The notes beneath the pieces were generated by a model that did no database searches, was not told the origin of the DNA, and saw nothing but the letters and a program-made list of their open reading frames with translations. 64,000 nt of DNA from Chrysomallon squamiferum. Its lineage: Eukaryota > Animalia > Mollusca. The translations under genes were made by a program, and so were the position numbers. Positions 55,044-62,599 of the stretch are shown piece after piece; positions within the stretch are counted from its first letter, which is position 1; each line of letters begins with the position of its first letter. The stretch spans positions 11,346,001 to 11,410,000 of the forward strand of contig CM022668.1 in NCBI GenBank assembly GCA_012295275.1, read 5' to 3'.

Positions 55044-58000
55044 TGTTTCTTTGGCAGTAGTACATATACATACTGAGAATGGCTGATCATTAAATTTCCC
55101 ATTCAACCAGTTAATAACTATAAATATTTCCACTGGCTTGTCAAAGATTTCTAATGGATTGAGATAAAATAAATGTGAACCCAGTTTACTTAAATAATTC
55201 CAATTCATTTCAATACTGAAAGCCTTCTAAATAAACAAATGAATTGTCCTGTGGTGAACTTACCTACAGTGCAATCTATGCCTCCAAAACCAGGTTCACA
55301 ACCACCAATGCATGTTCCATTTTTATGGTCACATGAAGAGTCTGCATTCAAACAATGTCTTTCATTGCATTTCTTTGTACAGTTCATCCCATACGTCCCA
55401 GGCAAACATGCTGTGGACAGAAATATGCAAGTAAAAGACAATATAGTGACTTTTTTCCCATCAAAGATATCTGAATAAATAGTCAAGCTGAATTGGTTGT
55501 TATTTTATTTAAATCTCTTATTCAACACTATGAATATGTCTCCATTAATCAATGCCTAGAAAGATATTTTGTTTTGAAAATTCACATCTCTTACAAAGTC
55601 TGCATTATTTTGAAGCTGAATATGAAATGGGATGGTAGCAATGCAGTATCTGTTTCAATTATATGTATAGAGGTACTTATTTTGCTAGATTCTATGTTAC
55701 TAAAAATCAGTTTGGGTGGCTCAGTTTCTAAAGATGTGTGATGCATCCAAACTAGATAACTTAATCAGAAAATTGAATAGTTTAATCATGTTACCTGTTT
55801 CCAGATGTTAATACTGGAAACTAATATTGTAAATAAACAAACACTGTAAGTTTACTTGAATCATGTTAATATTGTATCAGATAATAATCATATTCATTTT
55901 CAGTATTGACACATCAGTAATCAGTGAAAACAGAATGGGTGTACTTCAGAGACATCTGCTTTGAACATTAATATCAAAGGTGCTTTAAAAACAGTAAATC
56001 AAATCATGGTTGTTTCTGAGCTGTTCAAGCTTAAATACAGATTATCTTCTCTTTTACTTATTTGCATTACTGCACAATTGCAATAAAATAAAATTAAAAT
56101 AACTCTTCAGTCAATCATTACAGTCTGGGAATGTTGATAAAATGTGCTGCTGAATAATGTATTAAAATAATGTATACATGTGATAGACCAATTAGTACAG
56201 TAATAAAAACACCTTCCAATCATGCATAACATTAATATTTATGTGATCAGCTGTGCTATTTAAACTGATTTTGTTAACATAAATAATTATTATTAGTCAA
56301 GCAAAATTTGCACACAGTGGCTATACATATAGCTAAAATATATGGCATTCCTATATTGTATATGCATGACTCATTACTGTCAGCAGGATTATATCATACT
56401 TACGTTTTGTACAATCAGGATATAAATAGCCAACTAGACAACCTTCATCACAACGTCCCAAAGCAATATCACATGAAGAATTATTCTCCCTGCAGTGTCT
56501 TTCAGAGCATTTCATTGTACAGTTTAATCCATAATGTGTGTCATTGCATGCTGGATATAAAATATTACAATACTTATTATGTGTTCTAAACCTAGATCTG
56601 TTCATTTGTTTTGTAAAACTTGACCTCTAAATTATAAAACTGCTGCTTTTATTCTGTATTCTAAAACAAGAGCAACTTATTTTCTATTTTAAACTACAAA
56701 TCTTACTCCATATTCTGAAATGGTTCTATGATGTAACACAAGAGCCCTGTCTTGGGACCAGAAGTGTTTTACATTTTGGAATGTAAAGAGTTAGCTTTAC
56801 AAAAGAATCTCAGTCAAATACAAATTCTATTTATATTTCATATACAGTCTGCAGGACTTTTTATATAACATTTTTAGTAATTTTGGTCATAAAAAAAAAA
56901 AGTAGGTTGTGTATGCAAAACAATCCAAAGTGTGTGTTTAATATATCACTATTTTTGTTGATCAGAAAAAGTTTTGGATTTCAGAATTTCTGAACATACA
57001 TAAATATATACATACATGCATACATACATACATATATACATACACAGACGATGATACACAGACATACATACATACACATGTGACTCATCTCTCCACAGAT
57101 AAGTGTTCTAAGGATAATTTACTGCTATGTTAAGTAAACTTCAGAAAACTTACGTGTGGCACAGTCAACACCTAAGTAACCATTAAGACATGGACTGTGA
57201 CATGCTCCAACTGCAATGTCGCAAGCAGCCGTTAAATTTGCACAGTGTCTGTCACTACATTTCTTAGAGCAGGCTCTTCCATATGTATTATTTAAACAAG
57301 CTGTGGATATTATTTAAAGATAAATAAATAAATAAAAATAAACAAAAGAAATCAGATTATTTGCTGAATATTATCTCTTATTCAGTTTTAATGACTTAGA
57401 CATGTTTCCCATGACATGAGTGGTACTTCAATTGCTAAACAATTTAATCTTTACTAACTGACCAGTGACTACCTTCAGAAATTCTGGTTCAACAATCATG
57501 CAGTAAATATATCCATGTGATATTCGGAAACAACAGTTAAATAGGTTTCATTCTATCTTTCACCTACATGGTAACTAGGCACATAGCAAAAAGACGTATC
57601 TTTTGTACAGCTACTTACTAAATACCATTGATGCACCTAATTGCTTTTCCATGTTCTAAAACTAGAGCACACATTCTGTACTCCAAAATTAGATCCAGTA
57701 TTCTATACCTATAGCTCTTTTTTCTTTATTCTAATATTATATCTTTTACCCCAATATTCTAAACATAGGGCTCTAATTACATACTAAAAAAAAACAGAAA
57801 ACTTAATTGGTATTCTAAAACTAAAGCTCATATCTGTGTTCTAAAACTTGAACTTTTATTCCATATTCCACACTGTAGAATTTCAGCATTTCTTCAGTTG
57901 TGTTAATGTTAGCATAAAACAAATACACAAAGCATGATAAGTTCTTAAAATTGTTAAATTAAATAAATAAAAACCTTTCTAAGGTTAAACTTGTGATTAT

Positions 58001-61000
58001 GGAAGAAGCAGAAAACAAATAAATAAATAAAAACCTTTTAAGATTAAATTTGTGACTATGAAAGCACCAGAAAACTGGAATCTGTTTTTTCTCTAGATAA
58101 GACATCCAAATGCACACATGTATACGCAGGTGCTCACAGCAATGAATTCTCCATCAGAAGCAATTTACAGATAACCTATAACTGTCACCTTTTAAAAGCA
58201 TTATAGTCAACTTACGTGTTGTACAGTCAATGCCTTGATAACCACTAACACAACCACCAATACATTCTCCCTTCACATTATCACATGGAGAGGATTGGTT
58301 TAAGCAATGTCTTTTACTACATGGTTTTTTGCAGTCCTTTCCGTAGGTCTCAACACATGCTGTGTAGCCAAAAACAAAACACTATGAAAATCTGATTCAG
58401 TTGTTGTTGTTTTTTACAAATGTTTTACTCTGTTTTCTAAAATAAAGTATAAATTTCATTACTATATGAAAATTAATTCAGTTCCTAAGACACATTTCTT
58501 CTTTCTTAATTATATAAACTCACACTTGTTGCAAAATTTAACACATTTTAACACAAACTGACGTGGGATAAAAGTCAAACAGGCATTAATTAAAGGATTG
58601 ACAGCTATAGTGATATATACAATTCTACATACACATGTAAGAATACATATATACATGATACACATATGCATATTTTACATACACACACCTATATATACAC
58701 CAATACACACAAATAAATACACATTTAATATTCTCATACATTCATTCCAAAGATGAACTGTTATTGACTTAATCATACTGACTACCATTACACCACTACT
58801 GCCAACAGAACCCAAAACATGACACAAACCCCAAGTTACATAACTTGTCTCTTTGCATCTACATAATGGGTTGGAAAACAATTCATAGAAATAGTTGGGG
58901 TTTTTTGAGAAATTTCAAGACAATACAGAGATATTTCTACATGCCAGTGTAAATGGATAATTAGACAAATGAACAGCATATTAGATTATCTACAGTTTAC
59001 TGTAAAACCTATTTACAAAATGGAATCGATCAGAGGAAAATCAAAATAATTAATTTTACTTTTAACTTGAGTTAAATTATGCTACAAATCTAAAACAAAC
59101 AGGATATTGACACAGATTATACTACATTATTTGTATTTTCAAGCTAAAAGGTATTGTGGATAGTTAAAAAGAACTCTAATTACTTACTTATATCAGCATT
59201 TATAGGCTGTTTATTTAGTTATTATAATTATTAATACATTACTTTTCCTTTTAGCATTTGTTATTAGTTTATATCTTCCAGATTTTGTTAATAAAGACTA
59301 AATAACCATATACATATAAAAATTATTATTTAATAAGATTATCTTTAGTTGTTATGAAAAGAATGTATCCATTAAATTACAGATTCATATAATCTGGTTC
59401 TCAGTGTTATATCAAAAAATGGAATGATCCATCTTCATCATACATTTTGAATTAATTACCTTACTGAATTATACAATGACATTCCCAATCTGCAAATACA
59501 TTTCAATTTATACACATATAATTTTGAAAACAAATGCTAAGTAATTAAATACGGCATTCAACATTCATATTTATTTTTGTTTTGCATTTTAAGTTTGATT
59601 CCCAATGCTTTCATCTGCATCACTAGAAACCGGTCAAAGAAAAAAGATTACCAAATGTAAAGTGACCAAACACAAAGAAGATACAATAAGTTATAATGCA
59701 ACACACACTCACTCATCCCTTCATATTTCTAATGATAATGGCCAAGCACAAAGAAAAAAACAAATGATATTAACACACATATTGTCACTCATTCCTTCAC
59801 AGTTCTAAAGATAATATACAGCTGTCTAATGTTATTAAAACTGCAGAGAACTAACCTTCTGTACAGTCAATAGCTAAATAACCATCTGCACAACCACCAA
59901 CACATATTCCTTTCTCCTTGTCACATGGAGAGGACTGCTTTAAACAGTGTCTGTTACTACATAACTTAGAGCAGGAGTCACCATACTTTGTCTTGGGACA
60001 AGCTGTGGTTATTATTAAAAAGATACAAATAAATTAATAATAATAAAGCAAATCTGATTAGTTCTTATGTATTATCTCTCAGTCAATTTTAATGACACTA
60101 AACATTTCTTGCAACATGCACATAATTTCATTATCCAAAACAAACATACAAAGCATAATTAGGTGTTAAAATTGTTAAATTAAGTAAATAAAAGCATTTT
60201 GATTAAATTCTACTGATCATTTTATATCAAAGATATCTGGTTAGACAGCCATGCTGAAAATATTCTATAATCCAAAGTCAAAGGCATAAATTATGGAACT
60301 CATCATTATGCAGGTGATCATTATATTGTTTCCCTACATACCTCTAACCTAACTAAATATATATGAAGCAGCCACAGTCCAGTCATCATTTGTATAACCA
60401 TCAGTAAAATCAGCAATACTTCATACAACTAGTTTTAATCATGACATTAATTTTCTGTTTGAAAATTCTCAGATGTAAAGAGTTTGAAAATTGTTCTTCA
60501 AAAATTATTTTTTTATTATTTTTGTTTGTAATAAAATGTAGTGAGTTTTGAAAGGCAGCCTTCTAAATATGCCAGTGAAGAATGCTCTGTTGAACCTATT
60601 CTGTATTATAAAACTATGGTTCCTATTCCAAACATTAAAACTAGAGATTCTTATTTCTGTATCAATTATGTTTTGTATTCTAAAGAGTATTAATAGTCCT
60701 CATAACTTGCATATAAAATTTTAAAAATAGAATTTTTTTCTTTATCTTTTATTATTACCATTACTTTTATTATTGATGCTATTATATTTTTGTCATTATT
60801 ATTAGTATTATTGTGAGTATTATTATTGTTATTTATTTATTTATTTATTTATTTTTGCAAATGAATTTCTACTCTTTTTATTACAGAATCTATTTGAATA
60901 GTTATCCTGGCAATGTTCTGGTCGTGAGCAAGACTCATAGATCTTGTGATTCATCACAACAAAGGTGATCATTTTATCACAGAGTTCTAACGCAAATATA

Positions 61001-61797
61001 TATAAATGCCACAAGCCTTTATTAAAATCAATTACATATACACTGTCTTCCTCATGTATCCAATTTATCTATTTCTAATATCATTTCTGATATGCCTGAT
61101 GGGATTTTTTATCACAGATGTAACCATTCTACAAGGATCTACAGTTAAACCTCTACATAACGTCCACTGATCCACCTTATTCTAATCTGTTGATAACTGG
61201 CTGAGCACTGAATGTCTGTGTATAAATTTACCTTGTTTTACTGCCTTACTAATACCATCTGCCAGTGCTTTGAATGGCAAACTCTAATGCAAACACACAG
61301 TAAAATCACCTGATAAAATCTGCCTATCTTCTCTGGAATATTAAATCTATATAAATCACCTAGCAATCCTATTTCTACATAGTTTATCATCATAAATTTC
61401 ACTGGAAATCAACTTGGCATGGCACTACATAAAGTATTTTTAAGCTGGTATCTTTGATATATATCAAGATAGTTATAATGTCAAAATTAGATGAACACCA
61501 ATGTTGGCATCATGAAGAGATTGAACAGTATAAGGCTTTATTCTTTGGTGTTATCAGGGGGCCTATCAAGAGTTGTTTACTGAATTACAAGAATCAAACA
61601 TATCTAAAACATAGCTACAGTCTTGTATATTTACTAAACTTTTGCCAACTTACGTATGGTACAGTCAGTGCCTATATATCCAAGTGCACAGCCACCGACA
61701 CAAGATCCGTTGACATTATTGCATGGAGACTTTTTAAGACAGTGTCTTTTATCGCAGTGCATAACACAGCCCAATCCATAGGTCTGATTGAAACATG
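4677..61797 (-). CDS. Multi-exon gene segment: very long tandem EGF-like repeat protein (MEGF10/11-Draper/CED-1-SCARF-like 8-Cys repeats), ~81 exons, ~4000 aa if all are spliced; 5' end outside the window
   Basis: Repeated AG-[144/147 bp]-GT units, all phase 1-1, each translating to C-x7/8-C-x3-C-x4-C-x6-C-x6-C-x3-C-x8-C with YGxxC, RHC and GxCxGGCxxGY motifs. Confidence 0.88.
5294..5467 (-). CDS. EGF exon class D with two possible in-frame donors (exon ends at 5324 GTGGGA or 5294 GTGAGA)
   Basis: 144 or 174 bp, TAG acceptor, ACLKTYGKAC...IDCTI. Confidence 0.75.
5827..5973 (-). CDS. EGF exon class C
   Basis: 147 bp, CAG/GTAAGT. Confidence 0.85.
6384..6530 (-). pseudogene. Damaged class B exon
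   Basis: 147 bp and open, but donor is T|GCATGT, one Cys->Tyr and one Gly->Cys. Confidence 0.7.
6738..6911 (-). CDS. EGF exon class D, extended to downstream donor
   Basis: 174 bp, TAG/GTGAGA; ancestral GT absent. Confidence 0.7.
7266..7412 (-). CDS. EGF exon class C
   Basis: 147 bp, CAG/GTAAGT. Confidence 0.85.
7797..7941 (-). pseudogene. Decayed class B exon
   Basis: 145 bp, donor lost (AAATGT), Cys->Tyr at two positions, 2-nt deletion. Confidence 0.85.
8063..8099. repeat. (AT)n microsatellite
   Basis: Directly visible. Confidence 0.9.
8526..8672 (-). CDS. EGF exon class A
   Basis: 147 bp, CAG/GTAGGT. Confidence 0.85.
8845..8991 (-). CDS. EGF exon class C
   Basis: 147 bp, CAG/GTAAGT. 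Confidence 0.85.
9372..9518 (-). CDS. EGF exon class B
   Basis: 147 bp, TAG/GTACGT, all 8 Cys; absent from the ORF track. Confidence 0.8.
9900..10046 (-). CDS. EGF exon class A
   Basis: 147 bp, CAG/GTAGGT. Confidence 0.85.
10539..10558 (-). pseudogene. Stump of a deleted class E exon (last ~14 nt plus GTAGGT donor)
   Basis: ggaaacctacctttcgaacaatca matches the E exon end at 28654-28677; a similar stump lies at ~5108-5126. Confidence 0.7.
10733..10906 (-). CDS. EGF exon class D, extended
   Basis: 174 bp, TAG/GTGAGA. Confidence 0.7.
11262..11408 (-). CDS. EGF exon class C
   Basis: 147 bp, CAG/GTAAGT. Confidence 0.85.
11849..11995 (-). CDS. EGF exon C' (C body with B-type end and donor)
   Basis: 147 bp, CAG/GTATGT. 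Confidence 0.85.
12488..12634 (-). CDS. EGF exon class B
   Basis: 147 bp, CAG/GTATGT. Confidence 0.85.
13156..13302 (-). CDS. EGF exon class A
   Basis: 147 bp, CAG/GTAGGT. Confidence 0.85.
13703..13876 (-). CDS. EGF exon class D, extended
   Basis: 174 bp, TAG/GTGAGA. Confidence 0.7.
14233..14379 (-). CDS. EGF exon class C
   Basis: 147 bp, CAG/GTAAGT. Confidence 0.85.
14802..14948 (-). CDS. EGF exon class B
   Basis: 147 bp, CAG/GTATGT. Confidence 0.85.
15471..15617 (-). CDS. EGF exon class A
   Basis: 147 bp, CAG/GTAGGT. Confidence 0.85.
16003..16176 (-). CDS. EGF exon class D, extended
   Basis: 174 bp, TAG/GTGAGA. Confidence 0.7.
16533..16679 (-). CDS. EGF exon class C
   Basis: 147 bp, CAG/GTAAGT. 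Confidence 0.85.
17099..17245 (-). CDS. EGF exon C'
   Basis: 147 bp, CAG/GTATGT. Confidence 0.85.
17757..17903 (-). CDS. EGF exon class B
   Basis: 147 bp, CAG/GTATGT. Confidence 0.85.
18425..18571 (-). CDS. EGF exon class A
   Basis: 147 bp, CAG/GTAAGT. Confidence 0.85.
18971..19144 (-). CDS. EGF exon class D, extended
   Basis: 174 bp, TAG/GTGAGA. Confidence 0.7.
19501..19647 (-). CDS. EGF exon class C
   Basis: 147 bp, CAG/GTAAGT. Confidence 0.85.
20067..20213 (-). CDS. EGF exon C'
   Basis: 147 bp, CAG/GTATGT. Confidence 0.85.
20712..20858 (-). CDS. EGF exon C' (second copy in this unit)
   Basis: 147 bp, CAG/GTATGT, 645 bp from the previous C'. Confidence 0.85.
21357..21503 (-). CDS. EGF exon class B
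   Basis: 147 bp, CAG/GTATGT. Confidence 0.85.
22025..22171 (-). CDS. EGF exon class A
   Basis: 147 bp, CAG/GTAGGT. Confidence 0.85.
22558..22731 (-). CDS. EGF exon class D, extended
   Basis: 174 bp, TAG/GTGAGA. Confidence 0.7.
23088..23234 (-). CDS. EGF exon class C
   Basis: 147 bp, CAG/GTAAGT. Confidence 0.85.
23653..23799 (-). CDS. EGF exon C'
   Basis: 147 bp, CAG/GTATGT. Confidence 0.85.
24308..24454 (-). CDS. EGF exon class B
   Basis: 147 bp, CAG/GTATGT. Confidence 0.85.
24978..25124 (-). CDS. EGF exon class A
   Basis: 147 bp, CAG/GTAGGT. Confidence 0.85.
25510..25683 (-). CDS. EGF exon class D, extended
   Basis: 174 bp, TAG/GTGAGA. Confidence 0.7.
26040..26186 (-). CDS. EGF exon class C
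   Basis: 147 bp, CAG/GTAAGT. Confidence 0.85.
26605..26751 (-). CDS. EGF exon C'
   Basis: 147 bp, CAG/GTATGT. Confidence 0.85.
27235..27381 (-). CDS. EGF exon class B at the junction of arrays I and II
   Basis: 147 bp; array I-type 5' end (SKTTYGQGC) with array II-type downstream intron. Confidence 0.85.
27983..28129 (-). CDS. EGF exon class A
   Basis: 147 bp, CAG/GTAGGT. Confidence 0.85.
28664..28810 (-). CDS. EGF exon class E
   Basis: 147 bp, TAG/GTAGGT, CEKTNYGTNCTKKCSDRHCRKRSISCDKVTGECVTGCAAGYRLIDCSK; absent from the ORF track. Confidence 0.85.
29169..29312 (-). CDS. EGF exon class D
   Basis: 144 bp, TAG/GTAAGT, CTKTYGKAC...AVDCTI. Confidence 0.85.
29672..29818 (-). CDS. EGF exon class C
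   Basis: 147 bp, CAG/GTAAGT. Confidence 0.85.
30242..30388 (-). CDS. EGF exon class B
   Basis: 147 bp, CAG/GTATGT. Confidence 0.85.
30996..31142 (-). CDS. EGF exon class A
   Basis: 147 bp, CAG/GTAGGT. Confidence 0.85.
31666..31812 (-). CDS. EGF exon class E
   Basis: 147 bp, TAG/GTAGGT. Confidence 0.85.
32170..32313 (-). CDS. EGF exon class D
   Basis: 144 bp, TAG/GTAAGT. Confidence 0.85.
32673..32819 (-). CDS. EGF exon class C
   Basis: 147 bp, CAG/GTAAGT. Confidence 0.85.
33243..33389 (-). CDS. EGF exon class B
   Basis: 147 bp, CAG/GTATGT. Confidence 0.85.
34001..34148 (-). CDS. EGF exon class A with +1 indel (probable assembly error)
   Basis: 148 bp; ggggagcgtcg versus ggggaggtcg in sister copies. 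Confidence 0.6.
34672..34818 (-). CDS. EGF exon class E
   Basis: 147 bp, TAG/GTAGGT. Confidence 0.85.
35176..35320 (-). CDS. EGF exon class D with net +1 indel (probable assembly error)
   Basis: 145 bp; clustered differences at ~35262-35285. Confidence 0.6.
35679..35825 (-). CDS. EGF exon class C
   Basis: 147 bp, CAG/GTAAGT. Confidence 0.85.
36252..36398 (-). CDS. EGF exon class B
   Basis: 147 bp, CAG/GTATGT. Confidence 0.85.
37006..37151 (-). CDS. EGF exon class A with -1 indel (probable assembly error)
   Basis: 146 bp; GGG instead of GGGG at ~37077. Confidence 0.6.
37676..37822 (-). CDS. EGF exon class E
   Basis: 147 bp, TAG/GTAGGT. Confidence 0.85.
38181..38324 (-). CDS. EGF exon class D
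   Basis: 144 bp, TAG/GTAAGT. Confidence 0.85.
38684..38831 (-). CDS. EGF exon class C with net +1 homopolymer indels (probable assembly error)
   Basis: 148 bp; T6 for T4 and G3 for G4. Confidence 0.6.
39260..39406 (-). CDS. EGF exon class B
   Basis: 147 bp, CAG/GTATGT. Confidence 0.85.
40023..40169 (-). CDS. EGF exon class A
   Basis: 147 bp, CAG/GTAGGT. Confidence 0.85.
40693..40839 (-). CDS. EGF exon class E
   Basis: 147 bp, TAG/GTAGGT. Confidence 0.85.
41197..41340 (-). CDS. EGF exon class D
   Basis: 144 bp, TAG/GTAAGT. Confidence 0.85.
41699..41845 (-). CDS. EGF exon class C
   Basis: 147 bp, CAG/GTAAGT. Confidence 0.85.
42273..42419 (-). CDS. EGF exon class B
   Basis: 147 bp, CAG/GTATGT. 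Confidence 0.85.
43018..43164 (-). CDS. EGF exon class A
   Basis: 147 bp, CAG/GTAGGT. Confidence 0.85.
43688..43834 (-). CDS. EGF exon class E
   Basis: 147 bp, TAG/GTAGGT. Confidence 0.85.
44191..44334 (-). CDS. EGF exon class D
   Basis: 144 bp, TAG/GTAAGT. Confidence 0.85.
44694..44840 (-). CDS. Chimeric EGF exon, 5' class B / 3' class C
   Basis: 147 bp; CSKTTYGQGC...FNTSSPC (B) then DDGYVEIDCTK and GTAAGT with C-type intron. Confidence 0.85.
45354..45500 (-). CDS. EGF exon class A
   Basis: 147 bp, CAG/GTAGGT. Confidence 0.85.
45941..46087 (-). pseudogene. Class E exon with in-frame stop
   Basis: 147 bp; YG->Y* (TGA), RHC->RHF, weak GTACTT donor. Confidence 0.85.
46579..46722 (-). CDS. 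EGF exon class D
   Basis: 144 bp, TAG/GTAAGT, CFKTYGKAC...GIDCTI. Confidence 0.85.
47049..47195 (-). CDS. EGF exon class C
   Basis: 147 bp, CAG/GTAAGT. Confidence 0.85.
47786..47850 (-). pseudogene. 3' half of a class E exon
   Basis: KVTGNCVTGCA... then GTACGT; 5' half and acceptor missing. Confidence 0.75.
48165..48311 (-). pseudogene. Class C-like exon with open frame but lost donor
   Basis: 147 bp, 8 Cys kept, donor position reads T|ATGAAT. Confidence 0.7.
48588..48731 (-). pseudogene. Decayed class B exon
   Basis: Cys->Tyr, indels, donor not recognisable. Confidence 0.8.
49240..49386 (-). CDS. EGF exon class A
   Basis: 147 bp, CAG/GTAAGT. Confidence 0.85.
49694..51841 (+). mobile_element. 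Non-autonomous DNA transposon, Sola2-like, ~370-bp imperfect TIRs and CTCT target-site duplication
   Basis: 49694-50067 is the inverted copy of 51463-51841; ctct|gggtcat...atgacac|ctct; internal relic peptides LQDRFQVAKTVKGTQQFHR and YDNETCVGLIEDISEEHGDFLIRFMHPHGPSKLFHWPIEED; superfamily label from recollection of motifs. Confidence 0.8.
52671..52817 (-). CDS. EGF exon class E
   Basis: 147 bp, TAG/GTAGGT, CNDTNYGTNC...LIDCSE. Confidence 0.85.
53503..53646 (-). CDS. EGF exon class D (diverged)
   Basis: 144 bp, CAG/GTAAGT. Confidence 0.85.
54051..54197 (-). CDS. EGF exon class C (diverged)
   Basis: 147 bp, CAG/GTGAGT. Confidence 0.85.
54553..54699 (-). CDS. EGF exon class B (diverged)
   Basis: 147 bp, TAG/GTATGT. 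Confidence 0.85.
54990..55042. repeat. (GT)n microsatellite
   Basis: Directly visible. Confidence 0.9.
55264..55410 (-). CDS. EGF exon class A (diverged)
   Basis: 147 bp, CAG/GTAAGT. Confidence 0.85.
56404..56550 (-). CDS. EGF exon, E-like (diverged)
   Basis: 147 bp, CAG/GTAAGT, CNDTHYGLNC...YPDCTK. Confidence 0.85.
57154..57300 (-). CDS. EGF exon, C-like (highly diverged)
   Basis: 147 bp, CAG/GTAAGT, CLNNTYGRACSKKCSDRHCANLTAACDIAVGACHSPCLNGYLGVDCAT; absent from the ORF track. Confidence 0.85.
58216..58359 (-). CDS. EGF exon class D (diverged)
   Basis: 144 bp, CAG/GTAAGT, CVETYGKDC...GIDCTT. Confidence 0.85.
59856..60002 (-). CDS. EGF exon, C-like (diverged)
   Basis: 147 bp, CAG/GTTAGT, CPKTKYGDSC...AIDCTE. 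Confidence 0.82.
61654..61797 (-). CDS. Most 5' EGF exon in the window
   Basis: 144 bp, TAG/GTAAGT, CFNQTYGLGC...GTDCTI. Confidence 0.85.
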
Positions 61798-61982
61798 CTA
61801 TGGAAAAAAAATTATGTAAAAGAATCAAATTAAAAATAAAAATAATAAATAAATAAAATAATTACCACTTAATCCTTATCTTAAATAGTACATAAAATGA
61901 GAGTAGTTTTAATATCAATAATCTAATTTATAATTTTCAAAAAAGTCTTCTTCACATTCTTATCTTTATTTTTTCAATTTTA

Positions 61983-62012
61983 TAATAATAATAATAATAA
62001 TAATATATATTA

Positions 62013-62062
<50 letters not shown>

Positions 62063-62063
62063 T
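61983..62063. repeat. (AAT)n / (TAT)n compound, self-complementary microsatellite
   Basis: Directly visible. Confidence 0.85.
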
Positions 62064-62599
62064 ACACACTAAGTTCGGTATACCATATAGTCTTTGTTTT
62101 CATAACTATCTTAGGAAACTCCTCATACCAAAGTTTCAATATTTAAAGCTCAATATTCTTAAAAAGATTTAGTGTAGACTGCCTTGTATCAGTTTTACAG
62201 TCCTGTAGGAATTTGAAATCGTAATTGATTTAACTTCATTTTCGTATGAACTAAACAAACATCTTAGGTGACAATTTTTTAGACCTCTGTAAGGCTCAAT
62301 TTCCAAGATGGTTACCATCACTCATAGAAAATACAGAAAAATGGCATTAATCTGGAACCACTGGACCAACTTCAATGATGTTAACTCCATTACAGGGTTT
62401 GCAAAATGTCTGAAACTCTGACAACACCACTCTGATGTGTCACATGTAACAGTGACTCTAATGAATTTGCTGCTGACCCTGGTATTCAAAAATACATGAT
62501 GTACATCACCTATATTGCCAGTGATTGGCTGTGTAGATTCTCATTCTTCTCATCTGGCTCTCACCTTTTAGGTCAGCATTATTAGCTGTCTTACGATAT

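Noticed and set aside
4677-61797. Assigning a gene symbol such as MEGF10, MEGF11, SCARF1 or a receptor PTP
   Set aside because: Only generic EGF-like repeats are visible; no EMI, phosphatase or other diagnostic domain lies in the window
4516-61828. Treating each 60-139 aa Cys-rich ORF as a separate small toxin or defensin gene
   Set aside because: Similarity stops at splice sites, start codons lie in intron sequence, and no signal peptides are present
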